IMG/VR virus record: IMGVR_UViG_2693429605_000008
From: a virus
Lineage: Duplodnaviria; Heunggongvirae; Uroviricota; Caudoviricetes
Strand: one strand, 5' to 3'
Length of the DNA: 7,279 nucleotides
Shown: in pieces, positions 1 through 7,279 of the stretch
How the letters are laid out: each line of letters starts with the position of its first letter
Position numbering within the stretch: the first letter of the stretch is position 1
Translations under genes and position numbers: made by a program
The notes under the pieces: generated by a model
Seen by the model: the letters and a program-made list of their open reading frames with translations, nothing else
The model's database searches: none
Told to the model about the DNA's origin: nothing

Positions 1-705
1 ACCTCAGCCTTCATCAGTGGTAAGGCACCGGAAATCAAACCCTCGCCCGGCGGCAACACGCCATCGGGGCCGTCTGAAGATGCATCCATACGCACAATCT
101 CCCTGATGCCGACAGCCGGAGATGCTGCTGCGCAGGGCTGGACCATTAAGGACGGCGGAATTCAGTTGTCAGATGGTGTATTTAAGATCACCAAGCAGAG
201 CAATAAAACCTGGTCCCTGATGCATCCGGTGGATGACGCAATTACCCTGCTGACACAGGGCGGCAGACTGACCTGTAAGTTCCGCCTCTCAGGCGCACTG
301 ACCAACAATCAGTTCGGGCTGGGGATTTATCTGTATACGGACGCTCCCGTTCCTGATGGTGTGGCGATGACGGGTACCGGTAATCCGTTCCTGATGTCGC
401 ACTTCACTCAGACCACTGACGGCAGAGTGAATCTGATGCATCACAGGAAAGCCGGAAACACGAAGCTGGGGGAGTTCGGCGATTACGGTAACGACTGGCA
501 GACGCTGGAGCTGGTGTTCACCGCCGGCAGTGCCACGGTTACTCCGAAACTGAATGGAGTGGCTGGCCCGGCATTCCAGGTCATAAAAGACAGTCTGACA
601 CTGGGGCTGAATGCGCTGACGCTGACGGATATTACCAAAAATGCAGCGTATGGCGTTGAGATAGAAAGTCTGGTGCTGGAGATAAATGCACCGGCATCAT
701 CATAA
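1..705 (+). CDS. 3' portion of a larger ORF that enters from upstream (5'-truncated by the window edge). A Pro/Gly/Ser-rich linker is followed by a beta-rich C-terminal domain, putatively carbohydrate-binding or lectin-like. Possibly the C-terminus of a prophage NanS-p-type esterase or similar late-region cargo protein.
   Basis: Frame 1 is open from nt 1 with no stop until TAA at 703-705. There is no Shine-Dalgarno sequence before the internal ATG at 106, so the true start is probably upstream of the window. The linker reads EIKPSPGGNTPSGPSED. Position immediately upstream of the holin is where Stx-type prophages carry large cargo genes. Product identity is recalled, not searched. Confidence 0.55.
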   Translation, partial: TSAFISGKAPEIKPSPGGNTPSGPSEDASIRTISLMPTAGDAAAQGWTIKDGGIQLSDGVFKITKQSNKTWSLMHPVDDAITLLTQGGRLTCKFRLSGALTNNQFGLGIYLYTDAPVPDGVAMTGTGNPFLMSHFTQTTDGRVNLMHHRKAGNTKLGEFGDYGNDWQTLELVFTAGSATVTPKLNGVAGPAFQVIKDSLTLGLNALTLTDITKNAAYGVEIESLVLEINAPASS

Positions 706-789
706 AAAGTGAGCCAGTCAAATGGAAGGTATCGTTAAACTCACCGGTAGTGTCAGTGGGTCGTCTGAGATGCCTGCATGAGTTATCAG

Positions 790-821
790 AGCCATCAGTA
801 CTTAACTGGTGGCTTTTTTTA
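790..821 (+). terminator. Rho-independent terminator immediately upstream of the holin gene
   Basis: Stem AGCCATCAG (790-798) pairs with CTGGTGGCT (806-814): 9 bp including one G-U pair, with a 7-nt loop, followed by TTTTTTTATT. It sits 48 nt after the upstream stop and about 35 nt before the holin ATG. Confidence 0.6.
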
Positions 822-855
822 TTGTTGTCAGCTTCCGGATAACGGGAGACGGGGT

Positions 856-1071
856 ATGTACCAGATGGAAAAAATCACAACAGGTGTGTCATACACCACG
901 TCAGCGGTGGGAACGGGCTACTGGTTCCTGCAGTTGCTGGACAGGGTTTCCCCGTCTCAGTGGGCGGCAATAGGCGTGCTGGGGAGTCTGCTGTTTGGGC
1001 TGCTGACATATCTGACTAACCTGTATTTCAAAATCAGAGAGGACCGTCGTAAGGCTGCACGGGGAGAGTAA
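856..1071 (+). CDS. S: Class II holin / pinholin (phage 21 S21-like, E. coli EssQ-like), 71 aa, with two in-frame starts (Met1 and Met4)
   Basis: [71 protein letters not shown] has two TMDs and a charged C-terminus, closely resembling the S21 pinholin by recall. The six-frame ORF starts at ATG 778, but that extension would contain the terminator hairpin. GGAG at 845-848 precedes ATG 856. Confidence 0.9.
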   Translation: MYQMEKITTGVSYTTSAVGTGYWFLQLLDRVSPSQWAAIGVLGSLLFGLLTYLTNLYFKIREDRRKAARGE

Positions 1072-1075
1072 TTCA

Positions 1076-1390
1076 ATGACTCAAAACTATGAACTGATTG
1101 TGAAAGGGATCCGCAATTTTGAGAATAAAGTTACGGTAACTTTAGCGTTACGGGACAAAAAACGCTTTGACGGTGAAATTTTTGACCTGGACATCTCGCT
1201 GGACCGTGTTGAAGGTGCCGCGCTGGAGTTTTATGAGGCAGCAGCCAGAAGGAGCATCAGACAGGTCTTCCTGGATGTTGCTGCCGGGTTATGTGAAGAG
1301 GACGAGCTGTTGCCAGAAACGCGCCCCTGTTCAGAGGCGCGGAATACCATAAAAATTAACAGTTCTGATAACTCGATTACGTGTTGTTAG
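1076..1390 (+). CDS. DUF1327-family protein (YdfR-like), function unknown, inserted between holin and endolysin
   Basis: 104-aa ORF with SD GGGGAGAG (1061-1068) overlapping the holin stop. The holin / ydfR / rrr order matches what I recall for the E. coli Qin prophage lysis cassette. Family assignment is from memory, not an HMM search. Confidence 0.7.
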   Translation: MTQNYELIVKGIRNFENKVTVTLALRDKKRFDGEIFDLDISLDRVEGAALEFYEAAARRSIRQVFLDVAAGLCEEDELLPETRPCSEARNTIKINSSDNSITCC

Positions 1391-1445
1391 CTTTTTGCAG
1401 TTGGCTTTCCAGTATCTTTCATTGGTAGCATCCTGATAAATATCC

Positions 1446-1979
1446 ATGAGCGCAAAAATCAAATACGGCCTGTCAGCTGCTGTTCTGGCGCTGATTGCTG
1501 CAGGCGCGTCTGCTCCTCAGATACTTGACCAGTTTCTGGACGAAAAAGAGGGTAACCACACAACGGCATACCGCGATGGTTCCGGCATCTGGACCATCTG
1601 TCGGGGGGCCACGATGGTGGATGGAAAACCCGTTTTTCCCGGTATGAAACTGTCGAAGGAAAAATGCGACCAGGTCAACGCCATTGAGCGTGATAAGGCG
1701 CTGGCATGGGTGGAGAAAAACATCAAAGTGCCATTGAGCGAACCCCAGAAAACGGGGATCGCGTCATTCTGTCCGTACAACATTGGTCCCGGTAAGTGTT
1801 TCCCGTCGACGTTTTATAAACGAATTAATGCAGGTGATCGCAGGGGAGCGTGTGAGGCGATTCGCTGGTGGATTAAGGACGGTGGCAGAGACTGCCGTAT
1901 TCGTTCAAACAACTGCTACGGTCAGGTATCCCGTCGTGACCAGGAGAGCGCGCTGGCGTGCTGGGGTATCGACAGATAA
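1446..1979 (+). CDS. R: Endolysin, glycoside hydrolase family 24 (T4/lambda-type lysozyme), SAR (signal-anchor-release) type
   Basis: 177 aa. The N-terminus YGLSAAVLALIAAGASAP is a weakly hydrophobic Ala/Gly-rich SAR-like segment. The catalytic region DEKEGNHTTAYRDGSGIWTICRG carries the E, D and T of the lysozyme triad. It pairs with a pinholin as in phage 21, and resembles E. coli RrrQ/RrrD by recall. Confidence 0.92.
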   Translation: MSAKIKYGLSAAVLALIAAGASAPQILDQFLDEKEGNHTTAYRDGSGIWTICRGATMVDGKPVFPGMKLSKEKCDQVNAIERDKALAWVEKNIKVPLSEPQKTGIASFCPYNIGPGKCFPSTFYKRINAGDRRGACEAIRWWIKDGGRDCRIRSNNCYGQVSRRDQESALACWGIDR

Positions 1980-2073
1980 GCAGAATATTTTGCTGAAAAA
2001 TAAGGCATGGCCACGCGGGCGGATAACATGAAATCCTGCGAACTGGCGAAACGTAAGTGAATAAAAGTAAAAA

Positions 2074-2108
2074 CCCCGTTTGTTGGCACCAAGCGGGGGT
2101 TTTGTGTT
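2074..2108. terminator. Bidirectional rho-independent terminator between endolysin and Rz
   Basis: CCCCGTTTG (2074-2082) pairs with CAAGCGGGG (2090-2098): 9 bp including one G-U pair, with a 7-nt loop TTGGCAC. It is followed on the + strand by GTTTTGTGTTT and preceded by AAAAGTAAAAA, which is a U-tract for the minus strand. Confidence 0.6.
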
Positions 2109-2178
2109 TCCTGACTCCGGAAAAGTCAAAGGAGAAAGTGTGTTTGATTTTAGCAAACTGATTCGGGAGATTCGAGTG

Positions 2179-2277
2179 ATGGCTGAAAAATTATCCACCT
2201 GGAAGTTCATTCTTATCTGGCTGGTGTTTGTGATTATGGCCTCCGGTTATTTCATCGGTCAGATACGCTGGTGGTGA
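2179..2277 (+). CDS. Small single-pass membrane peptide of 32 aa (45 aa if it starts at GTG 2140), function unknown
   Basis: [32 protein letters not shown] has one roughly 20-residue hydrophobic helix. SD GGGAGA (2165-2170) lies 8 nt before ATG 2179. The stop TGA (2275-2277) is 1 nt before the Rz ATG at 2279. An alternative start is GTG 2140 with GGAG at 2131-2134. Confidence 0.4.
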   Translation: MAEKLSTWKFILIWLVFVIMASGYFIGQIRWW

Positions 2278-2278
2278 A

Positions 2279-2746
2279 ATGAACCGCGTACTGTGCGTGG
2301 TCATCATTGCCCTGCTGGTGGCCTGTGGTGCGCTTAGTCTGGGGCTGAATCATTACCGTGATAACGCCATTACCTACAAAGCCCAGCGCGACAAAAATGT
2401 CAGAGAACTGAAGCTGGCGAACGCGGCAATTACTGACATGCAGATGCGTCAGCGTGATGTTGCTGCGCTCGATGCAAAATACACGAAGGAGTTAGCTGAT
2501 GCGAAAGCTGAAAATGATGCTCTTCGTCGCAAGCTTGATAATGGTGGCAGGGTGCTCGTCAAAGGAAAATGCCCTGTGCCATCCTCAGCCGAAACCTCCA
2601 GCGCCTCCGGCATGGGCAATGATGCCACCGTCGAACTCTCTCCAGTTGCTGGACGAAACGTTCTCGGTATCCGGGACGGAATTATCCGCGACCAAACAGC
2701 ACTGAGAACGCTTCAGGAATACATCAGGACGCAATGCCTTCGATGA
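2279..2746 (+). CDS. Rz: Rz i-spanin (inner-membrane spanin subunit)
   Basis: 155 aa with N-terminal [26 protein letters not shown], then a charged coiled-coil-like periplasmic region. Same size class as lambda Rz, and Rz1 is embedded in it. Confidence 0.92.
   Translation: MNRVLCVVIIALLVACGALSLGLNHYRDNAITYKAQRDKNVRELKLANAAITDMQMRQRDVAALDAKYTKELADAKAENDALRRKLDNGGRVLVKGKCPVPSSAETSSASGMGNDATVELSPVAGRNVLGIRDGIIRDQTALRTLQEYIRTQCLR
2499..2705 (+). CDS. Rz1: Rz1 o-spanin (outer-membrane lipoprotein), wholly embedded in Rz in a different frame
   Basis: Signal peptide with lipobox MVAGC, followed by the Pro-rich segment [16 protein letters not shown] typical of Rz1. It lies entirely inside Rz (2279-2746). 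The exact start Met is uncertain (ATG 2499 or a downstream Met). Confidence 0.8.
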   Translation: MRKLKMMLFVASLIMVAGCSSKENALCHPQPKPPAPPAWAMMPPSNSLQLLDETFSVSGTELSATKQH

Positions 2747-2919
2747 TAGCGATAATTTTACTCATCATCCTTCACATCTGGCTCTGTAGACAGGGTGGTG
2801 ATCACTTCTGGAGTGAATCCAGATTTAACATCTCATTGCTGATGCTTGATATTGAGCATCTTGCGCGCGGTAAGGGGCTGCGTTGAGATAAGAGCCAGTC
2901 ATCACAAACACCAGGATTT

Positions 2920-2947
2920 AGCCTCGCATTCGCGGGGCTTTTTATTG
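2920..2947 (+). terminator. Rho-independent terminator about 175 nt downstream of Rz
   Basis: AGCCTCGC (2920-2927) pairs with GCGGGGCT (2932-2939): 8 bp including one G-U pair, with a 4-nt loop ATTC, followed by TTTTTATT. Confidence 0.6.
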
Positions 2948-2964
2948 CAACAAAGGTAAAGACG

Positions 2965-3252
2965 ATGGATGAAGAATATCGTAAAGACCTGCAATTGTGG
3001 TTTGGCCTGACGCATGCGTCGTTCTGCGTGATGCCGAGAGTATTCATGGAGGCTATGCCGCAAGAATGGCAAGAGAAGATGGCGCAGTTGCTTTTTGAGT
3101 ATGGCGACACGATCAAAACGGATGTCTGCGGAGTTCACAGCTGTTTCGTTACTGCCAAAGACGGCAACAACCGCTTTATGAGGATGCCAGAAGATATTCT
3201 GAACTATCGTCATCCCCGGCGTGAGTTCATCGAATCATTTCTGAAGAAGTAG
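2965..3252 (+). CDS. Hypothetical protein, 95 aa (accessory ORF A)
   Basis: Plausible coding composition. The overlapping minus-strand ORFs (2802-3116, 2902-3213) have low-complexity, Cys/His/Arg-rich translations and are less plausible. Only a weak SD (AAAGG) precedes the ATG. No family recognised. Confidence 0.5.
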   Translation: MDEEYRKDLQLWFGLTHASFCVMPRVFMEAMPQEWQEKMAQLLFEYGDTIKTDVCGVHSCFVTAKDGNNRFMRMPEDILNYRHPRREFIESFLKK

Positions 3253-3345
3253 CCATTACAAAGTCTATCTGCGGGGGGCTTGATAAAGGTGCTTTCACCT
3301 CGCTTAGCATGGTATGTTCTGACTACCAACTTTTTGGGAGGACAC

Positions 3346-3570
3346 ATGGAACTGATAAATGGACGGCCAGGCAGAGATTTTATAGTGGGAACATATACCT
3401 ACTCAGAAATTAAAGATCTTAACTTCATGGCTAAGGAAGAGAAAAGAGCTCGTGAAGAGCTAAAGCATCGGGGTTACGAATTGGCGTATATCAAGGCGGA
3501 CTCTGAATGTAACGGGATGTTTGTCAGGGCGTACCGGGTCTATACTGACAAAGCGCCATCTAATGTCTAA
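3346..3570 (+). CDS. Hypothetical protein, 74 aa (accessory ORF B)
   Basis: SD GGGAGG (3336-3341) lies 4 nt before ATG 3346. The ORF-track start at 3280 is a TTG and is disfavoured. Mixed-charge sequence MELINGRPGRDFIVGTYTYSEIKDLNFMAKEEKRAREELKHRGYELAYIKADSECNGMFVRAYRVYTDKAPSNV. No family recognised. Confidence 0.5.
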   Translation: MELINGRPGRDFIVGTYTYSEIKDLNFMAKEEKRAREELKHRGYELAYIKADSECNGMFVRAYRVYTDKAPSNV

Positions 3571-3636
3571 ATATACCTCGGGCGGTTTTTTACGTTCATT
3601 ACCGTACGCAATTACAGCAGGCATTCATTGAGTGCC

Positions 3637-3645
3637 TGTGATAAT
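3637..3645 (+). promoter_or_regulatory. Putative extended -10 promoter element (TGTGATAAT) upstream of ORF C
   Basis: TGnGATAAT sits in the AT-rich 135-bp spacer between ORF B and ORF C, about 60 nt before the ORF C start. No good -35 hexamer. Sequence-only prediction. Confidence 0.25.
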
Positions 3646-3705
3646 GATTTATCAACGTGCTTGCAAACGGTATTCTAGACCTCCAATTATCCTAAGGAGG
3701 TTTTT

Positions 3706-4110
3706 GTGGTTAAAAATTTAGAATACATGAAGGGGATGCTTGAGGTATTTTTGAAAGCGAAAACTCCCTTTATATCTACAAAAGACTTAGCTAATGCGGG
3801 GTACGATATCTGCTCGAATGAAGGGATGTTTCATTATCTACTTCTTATTGAGCAAGGTTATATCAGTAATAAAGATCTAATAACGGATGACATAACTAAA
3901 CTGGGCTACATGCGCCATTGTGGCCATATGCTAGATATGGGTACCGACGTGCGACTATCTGCGCAGGGACAAGAATTCGCCCAGGCATTAAATGAACCTA
4001 CGGTTTTTGAGAAATTAAAGTCAATGAGCGATGCCCCTTTGAGTACAATCAAAGATGTTGGGCTGGAGTTAACGAAGGCCTATTTAAAGAAGAAATTTGG
4101 CCTCGAGTAA
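3706..4110 (+). CDS. Hypothetical protein, 134 aa, with an N-terminal winged-helix-like region; possibly DUF2513-like (accessory ORF C)
   Basis: Strong SD AAGGAGG (3694-3700) lies 5 nt before GTG 3706. The gene is visibly AT-rich compared with its neighbours. The motif EGMFHYLLLIEQGYIS looks like a wHTH recognition helix. The DUF2513 resemblance is recall only. Confidence 0.65.
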   Translation: MVKNLEYMKGMLEVFLKAKTPFISTKDLANAGYDICSNEGMFHYLLLIEQGYISNKDLITDDITKLGYMRHCGHMLDMGTDVRLSAQGQEFAQALNEPTVFEKLKSMSDAPLSTIKDVGLELTKAYLKKKFGLE

Positions 4111-4322
4111 AATTTCTACCCTCACGAGTTAAGTTGTTTTGTGATGGTTATTCGCAATGAATATCTCTAGCCACTGGCATTTGCTGGTGGTTTTTTTATG
4201 CGCATCCCTCGCGCACCACAAAGGGAGTCTTTCAGTAGTGATTCTGAATATCAGTGTGATAAACGTATTTGACAATCATTATCATTTTTGGTGGGTCCTT
4301 TCCGGCGATCCGACAGGTTACG

Positions 4323-4334
4323 GGGCGGCGACCT
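4323..4334. other. cosN: the lambda-type 12-nt cohesive-end sequence GGGCGGCGACCT, i.e. the terminase nicking site
   Basis: Exact match to the lambda left cohesive end as I recall it, with lambda right-end-like GTTACG immediately upstream. Distance to the Nu1 ATG (4512) matches lambda (nt 1 to nt 191) to within 1 nt. Confidence 0.85.
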
Positions 4335-4370
4335 CGCGGGTTTTCGCTATTTATGAAAATTTTCCGGTTT

Positions 4371-4490
4371 AAGGCGTTTCCGTTCTTCTTCGCCGTAACC
4401 TAATGTTTTTATTTAAAACACCCCCAGAAAAGAAAGGAAACGACAGGTGCTGAAAACGGGCTTTTTGGCCTCTGTCGTTTCCTTTCTCTG
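4371..4490. promoter_or_regulatory. cosB: terminase small-subunit binding elements (R3, R2, R1) with an intervening AT-rich IHF-type site
   Basis: CGTTTCC at 4375-4381, inverted GGAAACG at 4436-4442 and CGTTTCC at 4476-4482, with the AT-rich stretch TAATGTTTTTATTTAAAA (4401-4418) between them. The layout matches lambda cosB from memory. Confidence 0.7.
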
Positions 4491-4511
4491 TTTTTGTCCG
4501 TGGAATGAACA

Positions 4512-5031
4512 ATGGAAGTCAACAAAAAGCAGCTGGCTGACATTTTCGGTGCGAGTATCCGTACCATTCAGAACTGGCAGGAACAGGGAATGCCCGTTCT
4601 GCGAGGCGGTGGCAAGGGTAATGAGGTGCTTTATGACTCTGCCGCCGTCATAAAATGGTATGCCGAAAGGGATGCTGAAATTGAGAACGAAAAGCTGCGC
4701 CGGGAAGTTGAAGAACTGCGGCAGGCCAGCGAGACAGATCTCCAGCCAGGGACTATTGAGTACGAACGCCATCGACTTACGCGTGCGCAGGCCGACGCAC
4801 AGGAGCTGAAAAATGCCAGAGACTCCGCTGAAGTGGTGGAAACCGCATTCTGTACTTTCGTGCTGTCGCGGATCGCAGGTGAAATTGCCAGTATTCTCGA
4901 CGGGATCCCCCTGTCGGTGCAGCGGCGTTTTCCGGAACTGGAAAACCGACATGTTGATTTCCTGAAACGGGATATCATCAAAGCCATGAACAAAGCAGCC
5001 GCGCTGGATGAACTGATACCGGGGTTGCTGA

Positions 5032-5057
<26 letters not shown>
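4512..5057 (+). CDS. nu1: Terminase small subunit (lambda gpNu1)
   Basis: 181 aa. MEVNKKQLADIFGASIRTIQNWQEQGMPVLRGGGKGNEVLYDSAAVIKWYAERD... matches lambda Nu1 almost residue for residue by recall. Its 3' end overlaps the A start by 26 nt, as in lambda. Confidence 0.97.

Positions 5058-7279
<2,222 letters not shown>

Noticed and set aside
778-855. N-terminal extension of the holin ORF ([26 protein letters not shown]) from ATG 778
   Set aside because: The extension contains the terminator hairpin and U-tract (790-821), which translates as the odd GGFFYCC stretch. The holin motif and SD support the start at 856.
1167-2031. Alternative-frame ORFs 1167-1352 (+), 1517-1783 (-), 1783-2031 (+) and 1905-2210 (-)
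   Set aside because: They are embedded in or antisense to the DUF1327 and endolysin genes or the terminator region, with no SD and low-complexity translations. Judged frame-shadow ORFs.
2802-3213. Minus-strand ORFs 2802-3116 and 2902-3213 as a possible bor-like gene on the opposite strand
   Set aside because: Their translations have no signal peptide or lipobox and do not resemble Bor. They overlap the more plausible + strand ORF A and the + strand terminator.
3280-3345. Longer version of ORF B starting at 3280
   Set aside because: The start codon would be TTG with no SD. The downstream ATG 3346 has a GGGAGG SD, so the extension is probably 5' UTR or promoter.
3571-3600. Possible terminator after ORF B (T-run TTTTTTACG)
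   Set aside because: The T-run is not preceded by a convincing GC-rich stem; only 3-4 bp can pair. Left uncalled.
4157-4372. 71-aa + strand ORF spanning cosQ/cosN
   Set aside because: It crosses the cosN nicking site (4323-4334), so it is intact only in the prophage or concatemer form. It has no SD and a low-complexity hydrophobic, His-rich translation. Most likely a chance ORF in the conserved cos region.
4413-4993. Minus-strand ORFs (179 aa and 120 aa) overlapping Nu1, and other minus-strand ORFs overlapping A (5092-5451, 5542-5859, 6187-6663) and W/B (6857-7277)
   Set aside because: They lie antisense to near-perfect lambda Nu1/A/W/B coding sequence and have Arg/Ser/Cys-rich compositions typical of antisense frames. 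The + strand genes fully explain the region.

Overview
This window is the late region of a mosaic lambdoid prophage, probably enterobacterial (E. coli-like), with everything encoded on the + strand. From left to right: (1) the 3' end of a large ORF running in from upstream, whose C-terminal domain looks like a beta-rich carbohydrate-binding domain; (2) a lysis cassette of Qin/933W type: intrinsic terminator, class II pinholin, DUF1327 (YdfR-like) ORF, SAR-type GH24 endolysin, a second intrinsic terminator, a tiny single-pass membrane ORF, and Rz with Rz1 embedded; (3) a roughly 1.6 kb accessory island between Rz and cos carrying three small ORFs of unknown function (95, 74 and 134 aa), none resembling the lambda bor gene that normally sits here; (4) a lambda-type cos site (cosN GGGCGGCGACCT at 4323-4334, with cosB R-elements); (5) packaging and head genes that match phage lambda Nu1, A, W and the start of B almost residue for residue, by recall. 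The best candidates for undescribed biology are the AT-rich two-gene unit at 3346-4110 and the small membrane ORF with a bidirectional terminator at 2074-2277. All identifications rest on reading the sequence and recalling protein families; no database search was run.
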